34,456 nucleotides of DNA from Pseudomonadota bacterium (GCA_043801535.1 JAZDLZ010000765.1:1-34456), one strand, 5' to 3'; numbered from the stretch's first letter, positions 14,360 through 23,174 are shown. Made by a program: numbers and translations. Notes: generated from the sequence alone by a model not told the origin.

Positions 14360-16074
14360 CCCGAGTGCTCTGGCCATGGGCGGCCTGCAATCATTGGGAC
14401 CAGGCCATGCTGCGCGATTTGTTCGCCGGTCGTCTCTGGCCGATGGCAGAGCCTTTCGTCGATGAGATGGAGCCGACGCGAGGCGGCGAAGGCGCAGTGG
14501 TGGTCTGCTCCGGGGCGTTGCTGGCAGAGCGAGGAGATCAGGAGTTGCGCGCTTTGCTCGGGGTGTTGCCATGGGCGATTTTCGTCCACACCAGCGACGA
14601 AGTGATGCTGTTCGATTCGTCGAAGTTGGCTCGAGAAGCGCGGGTGAAGGTCTGGTGCCAGACACCTCGATTCGATCGTAATTACAGCGACCGCAAGCTG
14701 CTCATTGGATGGCCGCCTGCCACGCGGGATATCGTCGAGAGATTGCCACGGTTGCCGTTGGCAGATCGTCCGTTACTGTGGGCGTTCCAAGGTCAGAGCA
14801 ATCACGTTCATCGGCAGCGCATGGTCGACGTGTTGGGCAAGCGTAATGACGGGCGACTGGTCGTCACGGGGGGATTCGCTCAGGGCAAGCCGAGACCGGA
14901 ATACCTGGCCGATCTGGGGCAGGCTCGCATTGTGCCGTGTCCGTCGGGGCTGTGGACGCCAGACAGCTTCCGCATGGCCGAGGCGCTCGAGGCAGGCTGT
15001 TTGCCCTGCGTCGAACGCAGGTCTCCGCAGTGGAAGGGAGGCGGCAACTTTTGGCAGTTTGCGTTGAACACGCAACCAATGCCTTGCGTCAAGGACTGGA
15101 CCGAATTACCGCGGATCCTTGACGGATACCGAAGCAATCCTGTTGCGTTGCAGCGAGATGCCAATCGAGCTGCGGCATGGTGGCTGGGCTACAAGCGTCA
15201 GCTAGCGTGCAACTTGCTCGACGATGTCGAGACGCTATCTGGCAAGCCACCAGAGCCATTGCACCAGGTGACAGTGTTGATGCCGACCAGTTCCATACCG
15301 TCGCACCCATCCACTGCTTTTATCGAAGATGCGATTACCAGGCTGCGGGCATATCCAGAGATGGCCAATGCCGAGGTCATCATCATGGTCGACGGGTTGC
15401 ACGCCAGCCATCGTTTCCGATCTGCTGACTACGAGGAGTACAAGCGTCGGCTGATCGACCTCTGCTCATGGGATCCGAGATTCCGTGGTTGCCTGCCACT
15501 CGTGTTCGACGAGCACACGCATCAAGCCAACATGACGCGCCTGGCGCTCGAGCTTGTGCGGACTCCCCTCGTGTTTTTCCAGGAGCATGATACCTGGCCG
15601 TGTTGGGACATCGACTGGGTTGGCTTGAAGCGGGCATTCTGGGTTGGTCGTGGCGTGAACATGATCACGCTGCATATCGACCATCAAGTGCTCGACGAGC
15701 ACAAGTATCTCACGTTGGGTGACGTCGAAGACATCAACGGAGTGCCGTTGTTACGTCATTGCAAGTGGAGCCAGCGCCCGCATATGGCTAGTACGTCGTG
15801 GTATCGCGGAATCCTCGCTGAGTTTTTCGGCAGGAACGCGCGTACCATGATCGAAGACGTCATGTGGGGTATAGTTTCGACGAGAGTGCAGGCAGACAAG
15901 GCAGCGTGGGGGAGATTTGGGTTGTGGATGTATCACCCCGACGATTCTGTGCATGGTGTTTTGCGTAGTCAAACCAGAGATGGCCGAGCGGGCGAGGCAA
16001 AGGTTCCGCTCGTCATTGCCTACGACGGAATGCCTCCGGAATGTGCGCCTGTCCCGGGAGTCAAGCGATGGTAG
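14356..16074 (+). CDS. Two-domain putative glycosyltransferase (exostosin/GT47-like N-terminal half, GT-A-like C-terminal half)
   Basis: LLWAFQGQSNHVHRQRMV...ARIVPCPSGLWTPDSFRMAEALEAGCLPCV resembles the exostosin-type pattern. VTVLMPTSSIPSHPSTAFIEDAITRL...EVIIMVDG resembles a GT-A N-terminus. GTGA overlap. Confidence 0.5.
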   Translation: MTRVLWPWAACNHWDQAMLRDLFAGRLWPMAEPFVDEMEPTRGGEGAVVVCSGALLAERGDQELRALLGVLPWAIFVHTSDEVMLFDSSKLAREARVKVWCQTPRFDRNYSDRKLLIGWPPATRDIVERLPRLPLADRPLLWAFQGQSNHVHRQRMVDVLGKRNDGRLVVTGGFAQGKPRPEYLADLGQARIVPCPSGLWTPDSFRMAEALEAGCLPCVERRSPQWKGGGNFWQFALNTQPMPCVKDWTELPRILDGYRSNPVALQRDANRAAAWWLGYKRQLACNLLDDVETLSGKPPEPLHQVTVLMPTSSIPSHPSTAFIEDAITRLRAYPEMANAEVIIMVDGLHASHRFRSADYEEYKRRLIDLCSWDPRFRGCLPLVFDEHTHQANMTRLALELVRTPLVFFQEHDTWPCWDIDWVGLKRAFWVGRGVNMITLHIDHQVLDEHKYLTLGDVEDINGVPLLRHCKWSQRPHMASTSWYRGILAEFFGRNARTMIEDVMWGIVSTRVQADKAAWGRFGLWMYHPDDSVHGVLRSQTRDGRAGEAKVPLVIAYDGMPPECAPVPGVKRW

Positions 16075-16288
16075 CGGATCTGGCGCGGTGGGCGAAGGTA
16101 GCGACTGAGCCGTCGCCATGGACAAAACGGATAAATCCACTGCGACTTTCGGTATCGATCCGTTGACACGCAGCTTCGGACGGACTCGGACGGACGACCG
16201 AGCCGTCGGACATCGTGAGTGGCGCATGTCGTTACAAGCGGCCGGGGCTCGAGGGAATCAAAAAACGTCTACGGGAGGCTTTCCTTCG

Positions 16289-17173
16289 ATGAAGATCGTG
16301 TTGGTGTCGAATGACAATGGTCGCGGGTTGAGTCGAGACCTCGCCATCGTGTCAGACCTGGCACGTCGTGCGGGGCATTCCGTGCGTGCCGTCAATTTTA
16401 AAATCATCGATCCTGCGTTGCGCGGTGACTTAGTCATTTGTTTGGAAACAGCGCCCATGAAAGCGCTGGCGGTAGCGCTGGTGCGCTGGTGCGTGCCCAA
16501 TCCTGAATGGTGGCCACAGGCGATGCCGGTGCAGGCCTTCGACCGGATCCTGTGCAAAACCCACGAATCGTTGCGGTTATTCGAGGCTATCACTGACAAG
16601 GCTGAGCTAGTCGGATTCACCGCCCGAGACCGGTACATCGCAGACGTACCGCGAGAGCGCGCCTTCCTGCACGTCGCGGGCAAATCGATCATGAAGGGCA
16701 CGGATGCCATCCTCGCTGCCTGGAAGCAGTTCCATATCGATCAACCATTGACCATAGTCAGCTCGTCGAGATTCAAGGAATCAATCCCGGGCGTCAGATA
16801 CCTCGATTGGCTCGACGATGCAGCACTCAAATCAGAGCAAAATCGCAACCTCTTCTACCTGGCGCCCTCGCAGACCGAAGGCTACGGGCACTCTCTGCAC
16901 GAGGCGGCGTCGTGCGGGGCAGTCATTGCCCGCAGCGAATGGTCACCGATGGATGAGGTCCCTGGCGTGTCCATGCACGCGGAGGCAGGCCGGCCAATGC
17001 GGCTAGCTCGGACATGTCGCGTTTCGTCAGGTGCGATTCGAGATGCCGTCGAGAGCTGCCTAGCCATGGACGGCGGACAAATCGTCGCTCTGCGAGCCAA
17101 GACTCGTGAGAGCTACGTTCGAGAACGCGCCGCCTTCGAGTCTCGATTTCTCCACCTGCTAGCGACTATCTGA
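16289..17173 (+). CDS. GT-B fold (GT4/GT1-like) glycosyltransferase
   Basis: The MKIVLVSND start is preceded by GGGAGG (16274-16279). FLHVAGKSIMKGTD... and PSQTEGYGHSLHEAASCGAVI match the E-x7-E-type GT-B C-terminal motif. The longest ORF starts at 16118, but that extension has low GC3 (about 56% by hand count). Confidence 0.7.
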   Translation: MKIVLVSNDNGRGLSRDLAIVSDLARRAGHSVRAVNFKIIDPALRGDLVICLETAPMKALAVALVRWCVPNPEWWPQAMPVQAFDRILCKTHESLRLFEAITDKAELVGFTARDRYIADVPRERAFLHVAGKSIMKGTDAILAAWKQFHIDQPLTIVSSSRFKESIPGVRYLDWLDDAALKSEQNRNLFYLAPSQTEGYGHSLHEAASCGAVIARSEWSPMDEVPGVSMHAEAGRPMRLARTCRVSSGAIRDAVESCLAMDGGQIVALRAKTRESYVRERAAFESRFLHLLATI

Positions 17174-17215
17174 CATCCTCGACGCAAGACCAACTTACGC
17201 AGGGTATATGACCGT

Positions 17216-17243
17216 TTGACTTGGCCGACGTTGGCCAAGTCAA
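17216..17243. promoter_or_regulatory. Perfect 11-bp inverted repeat (TTGACTTGGCC-GACGTT-GGCCAAGTCAA); candidate intrinsic terminator or operator
   Basis: The arms at 17216-17226 and 17233-17243 are exact reverse complements with a 6-nt loop, followed by CTTCTTTCT. It lies in the 101-bp gap between the GT cassette stop (17173) and the scaffold start (17275). Confidence 0.4.
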
Positions 17244-17274
17244 CTTCTTTCTGACATGGCCTGACTATGGGTCT

Positions 17275-18039
17275 ATGAGCAACAAGCTCAAGGACCTGCG
17301 GATCGTCGAGGTGAGCCTTGTAGACCGGGCTGCCAACAAGCGCCCGCTACTATTGCTGCGTAGCGCCGAAGCAGAGCAGCCAGCGATCGAGCTTCCCGAG
17401 GAGCTCTTGCCGGCGCTCGAGAAGGCCGCTGCCGATGGCTCGCTCCTCGAGATGCTGCATGCGAAAGGACAGCCGATGGCGAAGGATGCGACCGAGGCTA
17501 CCGTCGACAAGTCGAAGGAGACTGGCATGGATAGATCTGAGTTCGAGACGCTGGCCAAGGCGAATGCCGAAGCCAAGGTGCAAATCGAGATGCTGGCCAA
17601 GGCGAATGCCGAAGCCAAGGCGCAACTCGAGGAATTCACCAAACGAGCTGAATCGGCTGAAGCCAAGCTCGTTGCCGAAATCGGCGAGCGCAGACGGCGA
17701 GACGCTGTCGTCAAAGTGGAAAAGTCCTATCCGCATCTCGACGGTGTCAAGGTCGTCTCGCAGCTCCTCAAGGCTGAGATGCGTGGTGCCGACGATGTCA
17801 AGGAACTCGACGAAATTCTGCTTCAGGCAGAGCTTTTGGCCAAGAGCGGCTTCCGCGAGATTGGCTCGAGCGCTGTTGGTATCAGCGGTGCCAGTGACGC
17901 CTGGTCGAGAATCGAGGCTGGCGGTGCTGCGATTCAGAAGTCGGCTACTGACTTGACCAAGGAGCGGGCGATCGATCAGTTCCTGCGCACCAGCGAGGGT
18001 CGAGCGCTCTACCGTGAGTACGAGGCAACGCGCCAGTAG
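17275..18039 (+). CDS. Scaffolding protein
   Basis: It sits just upstream of the decoration and capsid genes. It is Ala/Glu/Lys-rich and coiled-coil-like, with a tandem LAKANAEAK(V/A)Q(I/L)E repeat. SLVDRAANKRP is N-terminal. The longest ORF starts at TTG 17221, inside the inverted repeat. Confidence 0.65.
   Translation: MSNKLKDLRIVEVSLVDRAANKRPLLLLRSAEAEQPAIELPEELLPALEKAAADGSLLEMLHAKGQPMAKDATEATVDKSKETGMDRSEFETLAKANAEAKVQIEMLAKANAEAKAQLEEFTKRAESAEAKLVAEIGERRRRDAVVKVEKSYPHLDGVKVVSQLLKAEMRGADDVKELDEILLQAELLAKSGFREIGSSAVGISGASDAWSRIEAGGAAIQKSATDLTKERAIDQFLRTSEGRALYREYEATRQ
17551..17634 (+). repeat. In-frame 42-bp tandem duplication inside the scaffold gene
   Basis: CTGGCCAAGGCGAATGCCGAAGCCAAGG is identical at 17551-17578 and 17593-17620. 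The two units encode LAKANAEAKVQIEM and LAKANAEAKAQLEE. Confidence 0.9.
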
Positions 18040-18059
18040 GCGCGGAAAGGATTCGCGCC

Positions 18060-18446
18060 ATGGCAATCGAGATTCCTGGACTGAAGGCTGGTGCCTGGGT
18101 CGCCAATGCGACGCTGGCAGCCAATCAATTCTACGCCGTCAAGATGGGCAGCAATGGCAAGTGGGCCGTCGCTAGCGCAGGACAGCGCACCATCGGGGTC
18201 GCGCAGAACACGCCGGCGGCTGATGAACCCGTCGATGTCATGATGTCCGGATTCACCAAGGCCTACGCCGGCGGCACCATCACCTGCGGCGACGCGATAG
18301 CCGTCAATTCGTCCGGTCAATTCGTTTCCGCTGGAGACAACGACTACCAGGTGGGCGTGGCGTTCGAGAGCGCCGTCTCTGGTGAGTACTTCACCCTGTA
18401 CTTGTCCGGCGGACAAGGGCTGACGGAGTCCACGTCGCCGGCCTAG
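18060..18446 (+). CDS. DUF2190-like head decoration / capsid cement protein
   Basis: 128 aa, located between scaffold and major capsid. LAANQFYAVKMGSNGKWAVAS...IGVAQN...GDAIAVNSSGQ matches the DUF2190-type pattern. Confidence 0.55.
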   Translation: MAIEIPGLKAGAWVANATLAANQFYAVKMGSNGKWAVASAGQRTIGVAQNTPAADEPVDVMMSGFTKAYAGGTITCGDAIAVNSSGQFVSAGDNDYQVGVAFESAVSGEYFTLYLSGGQGLTESTSPA

Positions 18447-18464
18447 CCGGTAGGAGGATTTGAG

Positions 18465-19451
18465 ATGCCGCAACCGACTAGCAGCATGGTTCATGTCAAT
18501 CGGCCGCTGACCAATATCAGCGTCGCGTACATGCAGGCGGCGGTGAACTTCATCGCCGACCGTGTGTTTCCGATCGTGCCAGTGGCCAAGCAGAGCGATC
18601 GGTACTTCAAGTACGCTCGCGATGATTGGTATCGTGACGAGGCCAAGGTCAGAGCACCAGCGTCGGAGTCCGCAGGTAGCGGGTTCGAGATCGACAACAC
18701 GCCGACGTACTTCTGCCCCGTCACGGCATTCCACAAGGATGTCGACGACCAACTCCGCGCGAATGCCGACCCACCGATCGATCCCGACCGGGATGCGACG
18801 CAATTCGTCAGTCAGAAGCTCCTGCTCAAACGCGAGGTGGACTGGGCAGGTGCATTCTTCGCTGCGAGCGTCTGGGCTGGCAGCACGACTGCTGCCGACC
18901 TCGTGGGCGGCGTGGACTTCGTGCAGTGGGGGGACAATGACTCCACTCCCATCGAGGACATCTCGGCACAGATTATTCACGTCGCGAGCAAGACGGGTTT
19001 CAAGCCCAATAAGTTCGTCTGCTCGCCGAAGGTCATGAACGCGCTCAAGCAGCATCCGTCGATTCTCGACCGCGTCAAGTACACCCAGAAGGGCGTGGTC
19101 ACCGCGGATCTGATCGCTGGATTGCTCGGCGTCGAGGAAGTGCTCGAGGCGTGGGGCGTCAAGAATTCCGCAGCGGAGAACGGCACCGAGAGCACCGACT
19201 TCATCGTCGGCGCAAATGCCATGCTCTGCTACGCAGCTCCATCGCCGTCCATTCTGGCGCCGTCCGCCGGCTACACGTTCACTTGGACTGGGCTTCTTGG
19301 ATCTGGAGCCTACGGCAACCTGATCAAGAAATTCCGTCGAGAGGAGCTCGAAGCCGACCGCATCGAGGGAGAGATGGCCTACGACCATGTCGTAGTCGCA
19401 TCGGAGCTCGGTGTCTACTTCTCGGGCGCCTTCTCCGCCTTCAGCGACTAG
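18465..19451 (+). CDS. Major capsid protein (HK97 fold, lambda gpE-like family)
   Basis: Position and size (328 aa) fit. FPIVPVAKQSDRYFKYARDDWYRDEAKVRAPASES...YFCPVTAFHKDVDDQLRANAD resembles the Phage_cap_E-type N-terminal region. Confidence 0.8.
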   Translation: MPQPTSSMVHVNRPLTNISVAYMQAAVNFIADRVFPIVPVAKQSDRYFKYARDDWYRDEAKVRAPASESAGSGFEIDNTPTYFCPVTAFHKDVDDQLRANADPPIDPDRDATQFVSQKLLLKREVDWAGAFFAASVWAGSTTAADLVGGVDFVQWGDNDSTPIEDISAQIIHVASKTGFKPNKFVCSPKVMNALKQHPSILDRVKYTQKGVVTADLIAGLLGVEEVLEAWGVKNSAAENGTESTDFIVGANAMLCYAAPSPSILAPSAGYTFTWTGLLGSGAYGNLIKKFRREELEADRIEGEMAYDHVVVASELGVYFSGAFSAFSD

Positions 19452-19465
19452 GAGTACCGATACCA

Positions 19466-19741
19466 ATGCCTCACGTGGCGCTGCAAGATTTTGAGCATCT
19501 CGGGACCCGCTACAAGGCGGGAGTCACGCTTCCCAGGCGGGCCCGCCTGTGGATGGGTCTCCGAGAGCTCCAGCGTCGCGGGAAGGTGTCCGACGGCAAG
19601 GGGAAGATTCCAGTCGCTATCGTCGCAGTAGATGCGAGTCACGATTGCTCGCTTACCGAATATCCACAGCACCAGTCAACCGTATCCGCAGAATCATTCG
19701 ATTCGCTTGTCATCCGTCGCAAACGACGGCGGCGGAGATAG
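19466..19741 (+). CDS. Hypothetical small protein with a poly-Arg C-terminus
   Basis: ATG 19466 follows AGGAG (19450-19454). GC3 is about 64% by hand count and lower in the second half. It ends RRKRRRRR. No recognisable domain. Confidence 0.35.
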   Translation: MPHVALQDFEHLGTRYKAGVTLPRRARLWMGLRELQRRGKVSDGKGKIPVAIVAVDASHDCSLTEYPQHQSTVSAESFDSLVIRRKRRRRR

Positions 19742-19744
19742 GCA

Positions 19745-20158
19745 GTGGCACTTTCGACGATTGACGAGGTGCGCCTCACCTATGGCGACACTGAGGACAG
19801 TCCAATTCTCACAGACGACCAGGTGCAGCACTACCTGGACGCGAATGGCGATCAGATTGTCCCCACTGCCAGGGATTGCGCTCGAGCAGCCTGGCGAGCG
19901 CTGTCCATGCGTGCCGTGGACGTGACCACGGGCAGCATGTCTGCCGCCTATGCCAGGCGAGCGGAGCTCTACCGACAGGTCGTGATTGATCTCGGTGGCT
20001 CTGTGAGTCAAGCAGCAACCGCAGCACCGTACATCGGCGGCATTGCTGTTGCGGAACGAGAGGCAGCCAAAGACGACGACAGCACCATCTATCCGGCCTT
20101 TGTCACGGGCCTGCACGACACCGAGGAGCGCGATGCGAAGCTCAGCGAAGACTCATGA
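19745..20158 (+). CDS. Head-tail connector (gp6-like) protein
   Basis: The call rests on position after the capsid gene and on an N-terminal pattern (LSTIDEVRLTYGDTEDSPILTDDQVQHYLDAN) typical of gp6-like adaptors. GTG start. Confidence 0.45.
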   Translation: MALSTIDEVRLTYGDTEDSPILTDDQVQHYLDANGDQIVPTARDCARAAWRALSMRAVDVTTGSMSAAYARRAELYRQVVIDLGGSVSQAATAAPYIGGIAVAEREAAKDDDSTIYPAFVTGLHDTEERDAKLSEDS

Positions 20159-20612
20159 CCGTGACCGTGGATTCAGACGGATCATGCATGACCTTCGTCG
20201 TGCGTTGAAGTCGTTTGTTTCCGTCGGATGGTTTGAAAACGTCGAGCACAAAGCCGAAGAGGGCACAGTCCCGACGGCATTGATTGCCGCCACGCACGAA
20301 TTCGGCTCTCCCAAGCGACACATTCCGGCCAGACCCATGTTGCGATTCGTCGCAGACCAGCATGGCAAGGAGTATCGAGCCTTGGCCAAGCGGCTGTGGG
20401 ACGAGCTATTGGCCGGGAAGCTACCATCCGTCGAGAGTGCTCTCACGATTCTGGGTGCTCGCATTGAGGCAGACGTCAAACGACGCATCTCAGATGGCCC
20501 GTTCGAGCCTCTGTCACAGCGCACGATCGACAAGAAGGGCTCTTCGCAACCGCTCATCGACACGGGCGCCATGCGCGCGCAGGTAACCAATCGAGTGGTG
20601 ATTCTTCGATGA
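20133..20612 (+). CDS. Neck / virion morphogenesis protein (HK97 gp10-like)
   Basis: VGWFENVEH...ALIAATHEFGSPKRHIPARPMLR...PLSQRTIDKKGSSQPLIDTGAMRAQV matches the conserved HEFG / PARP / LIDTG pattern of this family. The start is uncertain (20133 or 20184). Confidence 0.5.
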   Translation: MRSSAKTHDRDRGFRRIMHDLRRALKSFVSVGWFENVEHKAEEGTVPTALIAATHEFGSPKRHIPARPMLRFVADQHGKEYRALAKRLWDELLAGKLPSVESALTILGARIEADVKRRISDGPFEPLSQRTIDKKGSSQPLIDTGAMRAQVTNRVVILR

Positions 20613-21001
20613 GCACCATTCGTAAGCCGGCCGAGCACTTCACGACGGTGACTGTTCGCCGTCGGGCGGATGGCGGCTACGTGGATGGCATCTGGATCGA
20701 TGGCTCTCAGTCGGAGACTACCATCACTGCCAGCGTGCAGCCGGTGTCCGGGCAGGCGCTTGAGCGGCTACCCGAGGGATTGCGCACCAGGGATTCCGTT
20801 CGGGTAATCACCGATGATGATTTGCAGTCAGCCGACGAGAACGACAGCAAGGTGGCTGATCGCATCGTGTGGCAGAGCGAGGAATACGAGGTGGTGGCCG
20901 TTCAGAATTGGCTGCATACCCAGATGCCGCATGTCGACGCGATTGCCGTGCGGATGGATCGAACTGGTGCAGTGACTCCTTCATCGCCGGTGGGGGTGTG
21001 A
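20609..21001 (+). CDS. Head-tail joining (head closure) protein
   Basis: Size and position fit. The pattern is TITASVQPVSGQALERLPEGLRTRDSVRVIT...IVWQSEEYEVVAVQNW. ATGA overlap. Confidence 0.45.
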   Translation: MSTIRKPAEHFTTVTVRRRADGGYVDGIWIDGSQSETTITASVQPVSGQALERLPEGLRTRDSVRVITDDDLQSADENDSKVADRIVWQSEEYEVVAVQNWLHTQMPHVDAIAVRMDRTGAVTPSSPVGV

Positions 21002-21002
21002 C

Positions 21003-21545
21003 ATGCCGACGATGACCCAGATCAATGCTGCTCTGCGTGCCTGGGTCGAGACTGCGCTCGTCGGCACCGACGCTGCCGGTCGAACCATTTTTAACCGGCA
21101 GGGGAAGCCTCGACCAGAGCGACCCTACGCGGACATCAGCATTGATTCGATTCGCGCGGTTGGCCAAGACGAGCGACGACCGATAGATGACGACGGAGAC
21201 CGTGGTGTGGTCGGCACTCGCATTGCCGCGGTTACGGTGCAGACGTATGGAGCGGATGCACTGGGGCTCGCCGAGACGATCCGTTCAGCGCTATCGCTGA
21301 AAACGGTGTTGACTGCTCTCCGGGCAGAGGAGTTGGTCTTCCTTGCGTCGGAGTCCGTGCAGGACATCACTGCTCTGCTTGCTACGGACTACGAAGAGCG
21401 CGCGACCTTCGAGGCGCGGTTTGCTTTCGTGTCCGACCAGACCGAGAACGTCGGCTGGATTGAGGCTGTCGAGGGTTCGTACGAATACGAAGACATCGAC
21501 GGAACGACAGCCCTGGATGGGACTTTTTCCGTCGACATCAGCTAG
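21003..21545 (+). CDS. Tail terminator / neck protein
   Basis: It lies directly upstream of the sheath gene. N-terminus INAALRAWVETAL...RPERPYADISIDSIRAVGQDE. The call is positional. Confidence 0.4.
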   Translation: MPTMTQINAALRAWVETALVGTDAAGRTIFNRQGKPRPERPYADISIDSIRAVGQDERRPIDDDGDRGVVGTRIAAVTVQTYGADALGLAETIRSALSLKTVLTALRAEELVFLASESVQDITALLATDYEERATFEARFAFVSDQTENVGWIEAVEGSYEYEDIDGTTALDGTFSVDIS

Positions 21546-21557
21546 GAGGCCGAGGAC

Positions 21558-23174
21558 ATGGCACTTTCGGACGTTGTCAATCTCACCATCACCCGCCAGT
21601 CGCGCCCTCTCGAGCGCGCTGGCTTCGGTACTACACTGTTTTTGACCATGCATCGAGCGTGGGATGACCGAATCAAGTACTACACCGACGCATCGGACAT
21701 GCTCGATGATGGCTTCGCTGCGACGGAAGATGCCTACCGCGCTGCCGTGCGATGCTTCGCGCAATCGCCCAAGCCAGAGCAAATCGCCATTGGTCGGCTG
21801 GCCACCGCTGATGCCGTGATCGTGGTCGTCGACACCGTGACCAGTTCCACGCGGTACACGGTATTCGTCGACGGAATCGGCTTCGACTATTCGGCTGATG
21901 CTTCTGCTACCACCACGGAGATCGAGGCCGGTCTGACCGCAGCCATCAACAGCGGATACACCATCATCGCAACCGATGAGACCAACGACACGTTTACCGT
22001 CGCTGGGAACCACCTGGCTGCTTTCGTCGCGGGCAAGACCTTCCGGGTCACCGGTTCGACGACCAACGATGGCACCTACACCGTAGCGTCTGTCGCTCGT
22101 TCCAGCGGTAACACCGTGATCACCGTCGATGAGGACGTGATCGCAGAGGGAATGGCACTAGGCACGATCAAGTCTGCCACTGCGGTGACTGCCACCAATA
22201 GCGTGGCGGGCGATGGCGAGTTCATCATCGAGCCGGACGTGGCTGCCACGTTCTTCGAGTGCAAGGCGGGCTCCAACATGCACCTGGAGTTCGATCTCGA
22301 CGAGTCGATGGATACCGCGCTCTCGGCCATCGAGGATGAGGACTCCACGGGGTGGTACTTCGTGGCGCTCGCTCACCAATTCGGCGCGGGATTCTCCAGC
22401 CCGGCCAACGACGATCTGACTGCCTTGCAGAAGGACCTGTCCGACCTCATCGAGACCAGGCGCAAGATTTTCGTCGCGGCCTGCGCGGATGCGAATCTTC
22501 CGGGCACCACTGCTGCGGCAGACGATGACACCTCTGGCACGTTCGCCCGCTACATCCAGGGCAGGAGCTATGCCCGCAGCGTGGCGTTCTACAATGCCCA
22601 GGCCGACAATGGTCTGGACGTGTCCGGCGGTGATCCGGACCCGTACGCAGACGTAGGTTGGATCGCGTCACGGGCGACCAGTGACCCAGGCCGCGAAACG
22701 TGGAAGTTCGCGTCGGTAAGCGGTATCGTCGCCGACGAGCTTTCGACGACTGAGCGCGCCAACGTGTTGGCCAAGAACGCCAACTGCTACACCGCGATCA
22801 CAACTTCGGTGTCTATCACCGAGGAAGGCACCGTCGGCGATGGCGAATTCATCGACGTGGTGCGGCTCTGCGATGCGCTCTACGACGCTGTTACCACCGA
22901 GGTGTTCAGCGCCTTGACCAATCCGACCTCGCCACTGGTCAAGGTCCCGTTCACCAATGGCGGAATCGCCGTGGTAGAGACGGCGATCAAGAAGGCGCTC
23001 GACCCGTACACCGGACCGACGAAGGGACTGTCCGAGTACACGGTGACCGTTCCCGACGAAGACGATGTGTCGGATGCCGACAAGGCGAATCGCACGCTTA
23101 CCGGAGTCGAGTTCGTCGGATATCTCACCGGCGCCATTCACAGCGCGACCGTCAATGGCTTCGTGACCGTCTAG
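21558..23174 (+). CDS. Tail sheath protein (DUF3383-like) with an inserted repeat module
   Basis: It lies immediately upstream of a DUF3277-like tube gene. The N-terminus ALSDVVNLTITRQSRPLERAGFGTTLFL is typical of this sheath family. 538 aa. Confidence 0.7.
   Translation: MALSDVVNLTITRQSRPLERAGFGTTLFLTMHRAWDDRIKYYTDASDMLDDGFAATEDAYRAAVRCFAQSPKPEQIAIGRLATADAVIVVVDTVTSSTRYTVFVDGIGFDYSADASATTTEIEAGLTAAINSGYTIIATDETNDTFTVAGNHLAAFVAGKTFRVTGSTTNDGTYTVASVARSSGNTVITVDEDVIAEGMALGTIKSATAVTATNSVAGDGEFIIEPDVAATFFECKAGSNMHLEFDLDESMDTALSAIEDEDSTGWYFVALAHQFGAGFSSPANDDLTALQKDLSDLIETRRKIFVAACADANLPGTTAAADDDTSGTFARYIQGRSYARSVAFYNAQADNGLDVSGGDPDPYADVGWIASRATSDPGRETWKFASVSGIVADELSTTERANVLAKNANCYTAITTSVSITEEGTVGDGEFIDVVRLCDALYDAVTTEVFSALTNPTSPLVKVPFTNGGIAVVETAIKKALDPYTGPTKGLSEYTVTVPDEDDVSDADKANRTLTGVEFVGYLTGAIHSATVNGFVTV

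Noticed and set aside
18009-19466. A 485-aa minus-strand ORF, one of the longest in the window.
   Set aside because: It is exactly antisense to the decoration and major-capsid genes, whose + strand translations have recognisable family motifs. Long antisense ORFs are expected at this GC content, and it has no motif of its own.
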